A DNA stretch of 64,000 bases, from positions 11,966,001-12,030,000 of the forward strand of contig CM022675.1 of assembly GCA_012295275.1 (NCBI GenBank), in the 5' to 3' direction. Positions 26,818 to 47,779 of this stretch are shown here, piece after piece. Position numbers and translations under genes: made by a program. The notes beneath the pieces are model-generated. The model saw only the letters and a list, made by a program, of their open reading frames with translations, had not been told where the DNA came from and made no database searches. Source of the DNA: Chrysomallon squamiferum. Taxonomy: Eukaryota > Animalia > Mollusca. How positions within the stretch are numbered: the stretch's first letter is position 1; each line of letters begins with the position of its first letter.

Positions 26818-28042
26818 CTAGAACAATACAGATTCCAAAATATTTGTTAACATATACTAGTATGAAACTGCAAACATATACTGCTGAACATTTTGCTATA
26901 AACAAAAATTATACATTATTTTAAGAAAAATAGATTAAAATAGAAGTAATAATACAGAACTGGTGGTTAATATAAAATAACTAACTAATCAAAACACTTC
27001 AATTCAGAGAGTCAATGTCATGACCACATGACTTAGAAATATGTTTTCAGCAGCTGTTACCATCAGATAATCAGATGAAAACAAGAATTACATGTCAAAA
27101 CGTCAACATTCATAAATATGTATTTGGTTTTCAATAAAAAAAATTTGCTATAATGAATGTTTATAATTAAATTTTGTTTGTTTTACTTAATGTTCTTCTG
27201 CCAGTATATACAAGAACCTTTTTTTTTTGTTTGTTTTTGTTTTGTTTTATCAAATCTGATTTAAACATACTTCAGTTTTTAGATGTAATATATAAACACA
27301 ATTAATCTTTCAGTTGTATAAACCTGTCACATACGAATATATAAAATATATCATTACCTGCGTTTTTGAGCTCTGATATTTGATAAACATTTTACAAATA
27401 GGAAATCTTTTCCTAGCTTTTCCTTTATATTTTACTATCAGACTTGTATCTAGGTATGTCTCAAAATTGTATTTATAGAATTAACTTCTTAGATTTCTTT
27501 TTTTTAATTTTAATTTTAATTTTTTATATATATATATTTTATTATTTATTTATTTGTTTATTATTTTTATTTAATTATTTACTTATTATTTTGAAATTTT
27601 ATTTACTTTTGTATTATTTTTATTTTCTGTATTTATAGAATTAACTTCTTAGATTTCTTTTGTTATTTTTATTTATATTTTTTATATATATATTTTTTAT
27701 TATTTATTTATTTGTTTACTTATTATTTTAAAATTTATTTATTTTAGGCCTATTTGTAATAAACAGTAGCATGTTTTTACCTCCCTTGAATAATTATCAT
27801 AAAGCTAACAGAGAAATTGGCGCTACCGGCACGATTCACGCTCTGAAACCTCGATAATTTGAATAAAACTGTCTATCTGTCTGTCTGTTTGTCTGTCTAT
27901 CTATCAATAGATCTCTGTATCTGTTTGTTTACACGTCTACCTTCCTTCTGCATTATTATCCATTCATCTACAAATGTTAGAAATTTTAGAGTCAATTATT
28001 TTTATTTGTATTCTTAAAATCTGTTTTTCAGAGAACTCAGCG

Positions 28043-34949
<6,907 letters not shown>

Positions 34950-35003
34950 AAAATCAGTTTTTTTTTTTCAGTGGCAAACACAAAGAGATGAATTTTTTTC
35001 TTT

Positions 35004-35053
<50 letters not shown>

Positions 35054-35734
35054 CTTTGAATTTAGTCTTTTGTTTCCTAATTTTACTTTCTTATAGATTA
35101 ATTGTTTTATTACTATTACTTTTTTTTTATAATTGTTGTTGTTATTGTTATTGTTATTATTATTGTTATTATTATTATTATTATAAACTGAAATTATTAA
35201 ATTTTAAACAGTCATTGTTTTTATCGTTCTTGCTGCTGTTGTTGTTACATTTTATTTATTTATTTATTTATTTATTTGCTTACTTACTTAGTTACTTACT
35301 TACTTACTTCCTTACTTACTTCTGTACTTATTAATTAATTACTTTTTTTTTTTTTTTTTTTTCATACACTATTGATACATTTCTTTTCTTCTTTCTTTCC
35401 TTTCATTTTCTGTACCTTTGTTCGTATTTATATATCAACTGCGGTAGGCAGTAAAGGCACTGCCGTTGATTTTAATATTTCAGAATCAAATAAACTTCAC
35501 TGATGAAATGATTTTGTTTGGATTATGATTACAAAGAGAGACAAGCAATTTGAAATGACTTGATGAAAAATAAAAAATTAAGAAAAACAACACAAAAGTA
35601 TATTTCGGGTATTAGAACTTATCTATCAAAATAATAATCTGTCAACGTATCACTCTCTCTGTCTGTCTGTCTGTCTTTCTGTCTGATATCACACATGAAA
35701 CGTAAAACAACAACAACAACAACAATAATATTAA

Positions 35735-35792
<58 letters not shown>

Positions 35793-36892
35793 GCAACAAC
35801 AATAATAAAAATAACAACAGCAACAACGGCAACAGTAACAACAACAACTATAACAATAACGATATGAATGTCAAACTCCGATGCAAAATAAGTAATTAGA
35901 TTTCATTACTTTGTTCGTCATTTTAACATCACGGTTTGACATGATATTCAAGGTGAGCAGACGTGAAAGAGAACAGACAGAATCGACACTCTGCTGTATG
36001 GAGACGCAGACACGATGTCACGTGTCTGTGTCACGTGTTCCTGACACGCGACAACAGCCTTGGGCAGCTGGACGCGTTAAACCGCCGTTCTCTCCGACGC
36101 CATCTTGTTCCGTTGTGATGTGAATATTGATCAGTATCAACGCCGTCAGCAACTTTCTGACAGTTTTGTCAGTGTCACGAGCTTAACTTTTAAAAAATAC
36201 AGAGTACGTAACTGTTAATGTCAGACGACTGTTTTGTTTGTTTGTTTGCAGTTATTTGTTTTTCTTTCTTTCTCGTTTTTTCTTGTAAAAAATATTATTA
36301 TTATTATTATTGTTGTTGTTGTTGTTGTTGTTGTCGTTGTTGCTGTTGTAGTTGATGATGTTGTTGAACATTGGATAGATGTTGACGTATACGTAAGGTG
36401 TTTGAAATAAATAACCTAAATTATTTTTATTTTTATAAAAAAAAAAAAAGTGATTGTTAGTGTTTCAATGGTATTATTATTATTACTATTATTATTATTA
36501 TCAAATCAACAATTAATTTTATATAATCTAGTTCATCGTTTTTCTTTATTTGACAGGTTTTTGTGTTTTTTTTGTTGATTATAAGAGGTTAATTTTATTA
36601 ATACATGTTCTAAACAACCACATAAAACTGTTCTCAATAAATAAATGTAAAAAAACAACAACAAAAAACAAAAATAAATAAACCCAACCATATATACATT
36701 TACATTATCTGCATGGTCTTTATTACATGCGTGATATCGAATAATCGTAGATGAAAAAAAAAACACTCAGTGCATCATTAAATGATAATTTTCGTATTTT
36801 TTGTATTAAATGTTGACATGGAAGAAGGCATGATGTCGGAATATCGACCCGGGCTTTGATTCGAAAACGCTAAATGTGTTTTGAATTTTCCA

Positions 36893-37145
36893 CATTCAGC
36901 TAGAATACTACTTTAGTAGGAGGAATGTAGAGAGTAAGAATGTGAAGAATTTCTGATACTTACTGGATCACAGAACTCGGCTTTGCCAGCAGAACACAGT
37001 TTCAAGTTACAGGTCATTTCAACTGATGGGGCAGTGTTAAACTTGAACGCTTGCAGCTGGAAACTGACTGAAACATCGGTCAGTCGTTTAGGTTTCTGCT
37101 TCCAAAGTTTTTCCAGGATTTGTCTCTGGGTAGATACAAGTAGGT
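36893..37145 (-). pseudogene. Orphan dead ZP-C exon (exon 9 equivalent) of an EGF-ZP gene
   Basis: Near copy of 8051-8300 encoding ...FQLQAFKFNTAPSVEMTCNLKLCSAGKAEFCDP. The acceptor TAG has become TAT, the first Cys is Tyr, and there is an extra base in a homopolymer near 37110. No neighbouring exons found. Confidence 0.8.
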
Positions 37146-37885
37146 AAGGAATAAGTATGTAAGTCAGTAGGTAAATAAGTAAGAAAATAGTTAAATAAAA
37201 AGGTAGATTATGTAAGGAAGTAAAGAGTATATTAGTAAGTAAGGAAGTAAGGAAGAGAATAAATAATTAGTAAAGTAGGTAAGAAAGAAAATCGCTAAAT
37301 AAGTGAGTAAGTTACTAAGCGTTTTGGTTCATGGATTAGTGCTGAAAGCATGTTATTAGAAAAAATGAATCTATGTTAGTGGTAGTGTGTACTGAAACAG
37401 TGGACATTTATATTAAAACACTTCAGTGAAAATTTATACTGAACCAGCTGAAATGTTCGCTGAACCAGAATAGCAAACTGACACTCGTAGTATTTTACCT
37501 GTCTGTTCTAATTGAAGTAGACTAAATAGAAACGCAATACTATTTGTTGCTTGCACAGTGGTTGGTAAAGAAAATAAAGTGTTAGGATTTTGTCTGTGTA
37601 TAACAACAACAACAGCAACGACAACAGTAACAATAGTAAATGATCCGTAGATGACCCTAAACGAGTTTCTGACAATTTTACACTTTATTTGAAAACGACA
37701 AATCACAATGCTTTGAATTTAGTCATCACAAGACAGTGTCTGCTTATACTATTTGTAAATAATTAAATAATATATTACGCATACACACACACATATATAC
37801 ACACGCACACACAGACAGACAGACACTGATAGACACATACAGACACATACAGACACACACACATATATATACATAGGGAGACATT

Positions 37886-37978
<93 letters not shown>

Positions 37979-38225
37979 GAAAGAGAGAGATATGTTTAGA
38001 CGTACAAACAGACAAAGATACAGATAGACCGACAGTACAAATTGATAGTTATACAGTTATATAGAGAGACAGACAGAAAGAGAGTCAGGCGGAGAAACAG
38101 CCACACACATACGAACATACTGAAGATCCACTGAACAGACAAATATTCTACCTCGTACACACCAAGTGATAAAAAAAAAAAAAAAAATAAAAAAAAAAAC
38201 CCCCCCGCAAGAATGCAGCAGAATG

Positions 38226-40118
38226 TTACAACAGGTCGCAGTGGAACATCTGCTTCAGGGACCTCCTCACCTCAGTCGAGCTGACCACGTAGAAGAAAGG
38301 GTCAAACAGCGAATTGGTCAACGTCATCAAGATCGGCACTCCGAACAGCTCGGGGTGAGACAGCGCGTTGTGTCCGATCACCCCGTACGACGACAGCGTG
38401 GCCAGGCCGGTGATGAGGTGGACGAATATCAGCAGCCCGACGGTCACGACGGTCTTAGGCTGACGCAAAACGTGCACGTCGTCGGCTTTGTTGCGCGCTG
38501 CGTCGTGTCTTGCTGTGGCTCGGTTTGCGGATTCTTGTCCTCGATTTTCAGTTGCTTCTCGAATTTCTTTTCGAAGTCGATTTCCAGTTTCTTCTTGATT
38601 TCGATTTCCATTTTCGTCTTGCAGTCGATTTCCAGTTTCTTCTTGTTCTCGATTTCCGTTTTCTTCTCGCAGTCGATTTCCAGTTTCTTCTTGATTTCGA
38701 TTTCCGTTTTCATCTTGTTTTTGATCTCTAATTATTTGTCGTTCTCGATCTAATAATAGCAATACTTTCAGTTCTGTTCCGTTTAATTCTGGTTTAGACG
38801 TGTTTCCTATTTCTAGGTTTTCCTTATCTCTCTCTACATACGTGTCCCCGTTTTGTTCTTTTGTTCCTTCTTTTTGTTTCGAGTTCTTTCTCTTTCTTGG
38901 TCCGGCGGCCCTCGTTTTCCATTTTGTTCTTTATATTGTTCTTGTTCCAGTTCCTGTTCTCTGTTTTGTTCGTTTTCTTTATTTCTTTCCCTGTCTGGTT
39001 CTTGTCCTCGTTCTCGATTGTTTTCTCCTTCTTGAACTTCTTCCAAGTCATCAATAATGTGTAGAAAATTATCACACCCTTCCGTGAAATCAGATCTCTT
39101 CGTCAAATTAACGACCGAGCAGTTGTTAACCTGATTTATCTCCCTTCCTGAAATCACTCTCTCCTTGAACAAATGACGATTTTGCTTTTTCGTTATCAGC
39201 CTCGCAGTTTTCTTCAGTAGAATAATAAACTCTGCAGCTGTCTCCTTGCTTTCTGAACGACGAATTTCTTAAGAATTTCCTTTCGGAAGATTCGCTAGTT
39301 TCGTCCCGAACAAAATCATCGACTCTTCCTGGTTGTTGTTGTTGTTTTGAAGCGCTGTTCTTCGCGGAAACCTTTCTTTCGTTTGGTTCGAAGCTCGATT
39401 CGTTTCCTAGATCAGTCGCCTCCGTCTCGTTCAATCGGATCTTGCTGCTACTGGAACAAGACACCGTCCTCTTCAAAGGCATCACCGTCGAGTTGAATTT
39501 CTTCTTGACGCAAGACAAACAAATAAGCAGATAGATGTACACGAGAAAGGTAAGAACGAGCCCAGAGGTGTAGTACGTCATCAGGTAAGGGCTGAAGATC
39601 ACGAAGCGGACTTTCCTCAGTTTCGTCGTCACCTCTGGGTTGACGTTGGCGAAGACGATGATCAGGTGACTGGTCAGAGCGACAAGCCAGATCGAGGCAA
39701 CCGCTGCCTTCATTCGCCTGTTGGAAAACAGTCTGCGGTAGAACAGAGGCTTCGCCACCGCCACCAGTCGCTCAATGCTGATGCACACGATGTGGCTGAC
39801 GGACACGAAGTACGTGGAAAGCGAGAGAGGGAACATGGTGACAAACAGCGCGCGGTCGTACCTGCGCCGCACGGTCATCGGGATCAGCGAGAGGAGCGTG
39901 ACGTTGCACACGATGTTGCTCGATATCAGGCCCATGACGATGATGTAGTGGCCGTTGGTTTTGACGAGTTTCTTTAAGGCGACGAAGGCGAGCAGATTCA
40001 GGATCAGGCCGAGTGCTAGCAAAGTGAGCAGAACGACTTCTCGAGTGACGTCGTATCCCTTCATGACGTCGCCACCTGACGTCGTCGTCGTCGTCGTCTG
40101 GTTGGAGATGACGTTCAT
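38226..40118 (-). CDS. Class A (rhodopsin-like) orphan GPCR with very long ICL3; frame interrupted in ICL3
   Basis: ORF 40118-39126 has TM1-5 (GLILNLL, ISIERLVAVAKPLFY, AVASIWLV). The same-frame ORF ending at 38226 has TM6-7 and helix 8 (NSLFDPFFYVVSSTEVRRSL). The two join either through a 381-nt GT-AG intron (39130-38750, about 503 aa product) or through two compensating frameshifts. A splice acceptor lies just upstream of the ATG at 40138-40136. Confidence 0.8.
38575..38717 (-). repeat. 48-bp coding tandem repeat x3 in the GPCR ICL3 (ENGNRxQEETGNRL)
   Basis: AGTCGATTTCCAGTTTCTTCTTG at 38575, 38623 and 38671. Confidence 0.9.
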
Positions 40119-40585
40119 GCTGACGTAGAACCAAACTGAAAAAAAAAGAAAAAGATAGTATCTGTAATGTTAGAATGATTTCTTATGAAATTCATAAACC
40201 TGTTCTTACTTGCCTATCTTTCCCGTGCCAGCCCTAACGTCATCTACTTAATTACCTCCCCTTTTTTTTTTTTTGCTTTTATTTTTACCATCTGTTTTTT
40301 CCATCCGTTCAAATGTTGAAATGTAGAAGAAACTAAGAACTGAGAAAAAGTGTGTTTGTATGTATTTAGGAACGAATATACTGTTGTATCATTAGACTCT
40401 ACACACAGATGATATTCTGGACTGCCCTGGCAGAGAAAGACAAGTTACGACCTCACAAACGACAGATGCCGCTGTCGAGATTCGAACGTATGGCACCCGT
40501 TCGACCGCACTCAGGAACACAGAGACAATCTTTATTAAAAACATTGGTCAATGTATGTATGTATGTATGTATGTATGTGTGTATG

Positions 40586-40646
<61 letters not shown>

Positions 40647-41432
40647 ATGTATGTATGTTTGTATGTATGTATGTATGTATGTATGTGTGTGTATGTGTGT
40701 ATGTATGTATGAATGTATGTATGTGTGTGTATGAATTTATGTATGTATATATGTGTAGATGAGAACATGCGTGTATGTATGCTTGTATATATATATATAT
40801 GTGTTTGTGTACATGTGTATATGTGCAAGTGTGTTTATAAATATGCATGCACGTATGCAAACTTTTGTGAATGTGTGTGCGTTTGAGTGTGTGTACGCGT
40901 TCTTGTGTATTTACTCTCGTAGACGTAAGTTTGTATGTATGTTAGTACGTCTGTATACACATCATAACAAAACGTTCAAAGCCAAGACAAAAACTCTTTT
41001 AAGTTCATTTCCGACCTAATTTGCTATAGCTTTTGTCACCATTTTGAAAGAACGTGGACATCTTTTTTTTTAAAATCATTCAAATAACGGTTTATTCATC
41101 TTATTACCCTGAGAAGTATGTGCATATCTGTCTGTTTGTTTGGTTGTTTGTTAATTTGTTTTTGTTTTTGTCGTGACAATGATTACTGTTTTTATTTTTA
41201 TTATTATTATATTTTGCTAATTACGTCCTCTTTTTTGCTGATTATTCTATTTATTAATTTCTTCATTATTTTGTTGTTTACTAAAATTAATGAAAGCCGT
41301 AGATGCGTAATAATTGTGATGACTGCTATTGTTATTATTAATGCTGATGTTGTCGTTGTTTTGTGGTATTAGTATTAATAACAGTTGTAGAAGGAGTAAT
41401 AATAGTAGTAGACGTAGTAGTAGTAGTAGTAA

Positions 41433-41466
<34 letters not shown>

Positions 41467-41779
41467 TGTGGTAGAAGTTGCAGCAGATATATTTGTTATA
41501 GTAGCAGCTATAGTAGCAACAGTTGTAGTAGTAGTGGTGTTGGTGTGTACAAAAACGTAGTAGTAGTAGTTGTAGTAGTTGTTGTTGTATAGCAGCGGTG
41601 GTGGTCGCGGTGATTATGTGTACAATAAGATTGTAGGGGTTCCAGTAGTAGTTGTAATAGTTGTTGTAGTAGCTGCTGTAGACGTAACAATAGCGTGGTA
41701 CTAGCAGCAGAATTATTGTTGCGGTTAGTATCGTCGTTATTATTATTGTTGTTGTTGTTGTTGTTGTTGTTGCTGCTGC

Positions 41780-41830
<51 letters not shown>

Positions 41831-42159
41831 CCGTACTGTTGTTATTTTACATTGTTATCATCATCATTTTGGTTTTCATCATCATCATCATCATCATCAT
41901 AATTAATGTTGCTATTACTGTTGTTTAGTTTATAATTATTGTCGATGATGGTGATGTTGATACTGTTGATGTTGTGTTTTTAATTATAGTCATCAGCGTT
42001 GTACAGGTACTGATTTCGCCTCTCTATACTTCGTCTAAGAAAGTAATACTACATGTAAGTTTGTAATAATCAAAAGGAGTAATTAGAGATTTTAATTATG
42101 TTAAGATACAACTGAATACCCCCTCGACCGTATAAAAAATAAATATAAGCAATAAACAA

Positions 42160-42210
42160 CTGAATAAATAGCAGTAGTTGTAGTACTGGTAGTAGCAGTA
42201 GCAGTAGAAA

Positions 42211-42293
<83 letters not shown>

Positions 42294-42395
42294 ATAGTAG
42301 TAGTAATAGTATTGGAAATGTTAAGTATAAACAGGCTAAAAATAAGAAATTATAAAGGAAAGAAATTATAATAGAGACAACACACACGTAAAGAC

Positions 42396-42483
<88 letters not shown>

Positions 42484-42730
42484 CAAGATACAAATAAACG
42501 ACAAACATTTTCTATTACCTGTTTCATAGACGTCAGACTTCTATATCGACAGAACCTGCATTAATCTGTTCTTCTCAGTATGATCGATATTACCTTTCTC
42601 ACGTCTACACCAGTCACACTCGCAGTATAGATACATTCTTTTCATATTGTCGTAGATTATTTGGGTGTTCTATGTGTGTGTGAGAGAGATAGAGAGAGAT
42701 ATACAGAGAGATGGACAGAGAGATGGACAC

Positions 42731-42804
<74 letters not shown>

Positions 42805-42865
42805 ACAGAGACAGAGAGAGATATATATATATATATATAGATACAGAGAGATGGACAGAGAGATG

Positions 42866-42956
<91 letters not shown>
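42160..42956. repeat. Compound (AGT)n and (GA)n microsatellite cluster
   Basis: Seen directly; source of many low-complexity ORFs. Confidence 0.9.
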
Positions 42957-42959
<3 letters not shown>

Positions 42960-43140
42960 TTGTCTGTGGAAGACATCTTGAAGGACGGAATGTGTTAGTG
43001 GTAAAGCCTGCAATTATAAATAAATAAATAAACAATAGAGTAATCTTTTCCAGTCTTTCTCTTTATCGCTGCCGCTTTGTCTCTCATCCTCTCAGTCAAA
43101 AAAACGCGACATTGATACAGGTAATGATAGGTAAAATGTA

Positions 43141-43515
43141 GGTTCTGGCTCAGTGAGTAGAGTGCCCGCCTCAGATATGACAGCAGCTAGAATCAAATCT
43201 CCATAACGTACTTTTTATTTTATTTTATTTTATTTTATTTTACTTTTCAAGCGATTCTGAGTTATCAAAGGCTTCACTGTTCCAGTTTGTGGGTAGGTGA
43301 ATAAACAAAAGGATATCGTGCAGGTTTTGGCTCAGTGGTTAGAGAACCAGTGCAGAGTGCCTGAGTGAGATGTGACAGTTGCCGAGATGAGCGGAGTTCA
43401 GTTATCAGACGTTTTTTTATTACTGCTGCCTGTGGGAAGGTGCAAATAAAATATATCTTGCTCGCCAATCAGTAAGAGTGGTTCATGGACTGGTGACAAT
43501 GAATTTCTTCTCTCA
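43141..43515 (+). mobile_element. Degenerate tRNA-derived SINE-like relic(s)
   Basis: Two A-box-like heads (TGGCTCAGTG) at about 43146 and 43328 are followed by a body GTGCAAATAAAA..CTTGCT..AATC..AGAGTGG; a related segment occurs at about 53442-53515. No cloverleaf. Confidence 0.45.
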
Positions 43516-44014
43516 AAACAATGGTCATATAAAAAGTCGGATAATTATTTGACACCTAATAATAAACGTATATCATTCAGATGTGTGCAGATATGTGTGA
43601 AGTATTTTGTAATACATCCATGCACACATACTCGTCTTTTCATTCACGCACTGATTTATTCAATTCCAGACAAAAACATATCAATTTTAAGATAACGATG
43701 TCATCAGTTCCTCCGTCTTCTGCTCGCTATTATACTCTCTATCTCTCTCTTAATTATTTGAACAGTCTACGTTTAGCTGTTTCCAGAAATATTCCTATTT
43801 GTTTAGTCGGTTAGATAATCGTATTATATCCTTTATCCGCCCCTAAGAAAGTAAAGTAATTTAATACTGAAGTAACACGTTTTCTTAATCACAATTACAT
43901 TATGAACGTGACAGGAAAACAAAAGTAATACTAAAATAGCAGCGGTGCGACCATTCAAAGGAGGAACAAACGACGACAGAATGGTGATGGATTCAATTAC
44001 AAAATGTATATATG

Positions 44015-44060
<46 letters not shown>

Positions 44061-44283
44061 AAAGTTCGAAATAATTAATCTATAGATAAATAAATCAGTA
44101 TAATAAGAAATCGAAATAAACATTTAAGTTATTAGATAATTAAAGAAAAAATAGAATCGGGAAAAAAATCAATAATGCGCTACACAGATTTTCAAAAATA
44201 ATTATTTTAATAAAATAAAGTGGTAGACATTAACTCGGGCTTTGACGTGTAATAATTTTTATTGTTCTACTGAACTAAGACGG

Positions 44284-44334
<51 letters not shown>

Positions 44335-46577
44335 TTGATAATAATAATAATAATAATAGTGATAATAATAATAATAAAAATAAATAAATAAATAAATAAA
44401 TAATATAAAAAATATGAATAAAAAAAGAAAGAGAAAAAGAAATCGTGGTCAATGGTCTTTTTTGCCACTGCGTATTTTCATTGAAGGACACACACACATA
44501 CACACATAGACACATACATACATGCCTGGATTATCTAAAGTGCTATTATATGCATATAAGTTTATCTCTTGTTGCAAGTTTACTTTGTCGTATTTAAGGT
44601 TTATAATATTATTTATAACTCCGAGTTGTCAGAATTACTGAACGAATTTAAGTTCAAACTGGATCTGTACTTACAGCTGTTTGTAATTCAGCGACCGGTC
44701 AAAAAGACAGCCATGTTATCAACGATCACCTAAAGAAATGAAAACCGATCCAATAATTGAATTTATTTTGATTATACAACAAAAATTCATTCTTGTTTCT
44801 ATCGATTTTGTTGTTGTTGTTTTGTTTTTTTCGAACGCTATTTTCATAGTTCGACGCGCAGTTGTTGTCCTCACCAGACCGGAACTACTCTTTAAAGCCG
44901 CGTGGTGTTCATTCACTCGCCGTATTGTTTACGCGTCGAGTCGCCATACTTGTGTATCGTCAATTTTCTTTATGTTTTTAAATTTAAAATGTTCATGCCA
45001 AATTATTTACGTATTTAGATGCCTTGGTACCGGAAAACCGGAATATCCAGAAATCCGGAATGCCTCAGCCCCCAAGGAGTCCGGATAATTGGTCCGGTTT
45101 CTGTATTATACAACCAGGAAAAAAAACTTGATGAAAAATTTAAAATTATTATTTTGAAACTTTTGGAGGGTAATTGTAGTTTAGGACTTACTCATATTAG
45201 CAGGGATTTTACTCTGAATTTTGCAAAATACTTATTTGTTGCTAGTTAAGATACAAAAAGGACGTAATAATTAAAGAGTCTAATGACTATGTTTAGCTTA
45301 ACAAATAAACAAAATTATTTTTAGCATGGCGTTTTATAATCTACGATTCATTCTTCGGTAATTACCAGACAGAAAACTAATTATAAATATAAAATAACAT
45401 TAGAACGGAAAGTAAAAATGTCTAATAGGATTATTAAAAAATTGAAGAAATATCACCATGGTACTATTACAACAACGACAAAACTGCAACAAAAAATAGT
45501 AATAAGCCTTACAAAAACAGATAGATTTTGTTTAATAAGCATTGTAAAAGCAGTTTTTGTTTAATAAGCCAAGTAAAAACAGATATTTTTTGTTTAATAA
45601 GGCTCGTAAAAACAGATATTTTTTGTTAATAAGCCAAGAAAAAACAGATAGTTTTTGTTCAAAACCGAGAATAACGTTTTTACTGGAAGCTGAAATTGAG
45701 ACTACCAATGTTATTATTATTATTGTTGTTGCTGTCGTCGATGTTATAAATTACTTCTTCTCTATTTTCTTCATTCATGAAAGTGCAGTGCTCTTCCGAA
45801 GCGACCTTCACATTAACGTAGACACAGAATTGAACTTTACCGTAAATAACATAATTAGATTAACGATATTTTCAAAAGGCGTCACGTGACCAGCTAATGA
45901 GTCTTATTACGAAGCACTGACACCGTGTCATTACAAACGTAATGAGAAAATTAATAATTACACCCAAATTCTGCTCTATTCCTGCATTTACCACAGTAAA
46001 CAATTTCTTTAATAATGTTTCTAAGGATCTGAGCTCAGGGTGATGATTTCCGAAGGACTGAGGTAAATGCAGTGATAAAAATAATTGAATTAGTTTGTCA
46101 AAGAGTAAAATCGTGCCATATCCTAAACCAGCTGGTATAATGCAAAAAATAATATATATATATATTTATTTATTAAAATAAGATTTTTAAATATAATAAT
46201 TTCTCAAGTGTCATGTTTACAAATGATCCTATTCAAAAGTAAGAAGTTTATGATACTGCTTTGATAACATTTTGTTCACAATCACGATTTGAAGCAAAAG
46301 TTAAAAAAAAAATAAACAAAGTATATAATGTTCCGTTGTTAAATCACAATATTATGAAATGATTAAAATATTTTATCATGATTCCTAAGATTAATTTTGT
46401 CAATTGTTTTTAACAGAAAAAATTAATAATCAGTTTCTAGAATTTTTTTTTTTTTTTTTATTTTTTTTTAAAGTAGGCCAATGTAATTAATTGTTTGTTT
46501 CAGTATTCTAAAGATTTTCATCGTTTCAGTTCAGTGTTGTTTCACTGCCTTGTTTAGAGCCATGTAGGAACTCAGTT

Positions 46578-46632
<55 letters not shown>

Positions 46633-47379
46633 GCAATTAGAATAACTACAGTAAAATAAACACAGTAATATAAATTCATTATTTATTTCTTATGTATACT
46701 ATAACACACACACACACATCATATACACACACTTTTAAATGTAACAATGACAATATTTTTAACAAATATATTAAAAGTAGATAAATATGTAAACAAATCA
46801 TCAGAGAGCAATAGATTTCCTATAGGACCTTTTGATCTAATGTTGCTACTGCCATAGGATTTCTCTAGTTAAGAATTATCAGACTGGATTAGTCTAGTTT
46901 AAGAACAACTGTATTTAGGGTAAGGATATTGCTACAGGACTAATCCAGTTTAAGGACTGCTATATAGGATATACTAGATTAAGGACTGCTGGATGGGATT
47001 AACCTCATATAAGGATTGCTAGGATATGTTTAATTTAAGGATTTCTAGTTTGGACTAGTTAAACTTAAGGACTGACAGATCAAACTAATCTAGTTTCATT
47101 ATTGCTAAACAGGATTACCCGATTTTGAGGATTGCTAGGATTAGTAGATGGATTGCTAATCTAGTTTAAGATTAGCTGAACATAATATCTAGACAATTAA
47201 TCTAGTTTAAGACTAGTTTCAGGACTGCTACATCAAACTAGACTAATTTAAGTGATGCTAAATATAAGTAGTCCAGTGTAAGGATTACTATACTGAACTA
47301 GTCTAATTTAATTATTGTTAGACAGAAGCAGTCTAGTGCAAGGACTGCTATATTGAACTAGACTAATTCAAATAATCCT

Positions 47380-47670
47380 AGACACAATTAGTCTGGTTTT
47401 AAGCATTACTGAACTGAACTAGTCTGGTTTTAAGCATTACTGAACTGAATCAGCCTAATTCAAATAATCCTAGACAGAACTAGTCTGATTTTAAGCGTTA
47501 CTGAACTGAATCAGTCTAATTCAAATAATCCTAGACAGAACTAGTCTGATTTTAAGCATTACTGAACTGAATCAGCCTAATTCAAATAATGCCAGACAGA
47601 ACTAGTCTGATTTTAAGCGTTACTGAACTGAATCAGTCTAATTCAAATAATGCCAGACAGAACTAGTCTT
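47380..47670. repeat. About 61-bp tandem repeat just 3' of the SLC17 stop, with degenerate about 30-bp subunits extending to about 46860
   Basis: The unit TAGTCTGATTTTAAGC.TTACTGAACTGAATCAG.CTAATTCAAATAAT.C.AGACAGAAC recurs at 47481, 47542 and 47603. Confidence 0.88.
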
Positions 47671-47779
47671 GTATTAGGACGGCTAGATCTGGCAAGCCAG
47701 GACTGGCACTGCTACTGCATCTTCCTCTTCACTGAAAAAAAAAAAAAAACGCGCAGACAGCAAAACCTGAGTCCTGTTT

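Noticed and set aside
38444-38713. Lys/Glu-rich coiled-coil-like ORF MKTEIEIKKKLEID
   Set aside because: Alternative frame of the 48-bp repeat in the GPCR loop; the GPCR frame continues into TM6-7.
39666-40134. Overlapping antisense and alternative-frame ORFs over the GPCR
   Set aside because: Shadow ORFs expected from GC-rich coding sequence.
42519-42610. Candidate 5' UTR exons of the GPCR (minus-strand donors near 42518 and 42593)
   Set aside because: Plausible splice signals only; cannot be supported without transcripts.
43141-43400. Possible tRNA genes (A-box-like TGGCTCAGTG); also a B-box-like GTTCGAATC on - near 40478-40487
   Set aside because: No cloverleaf or intact A/B box pair; better explained as SINE relics.
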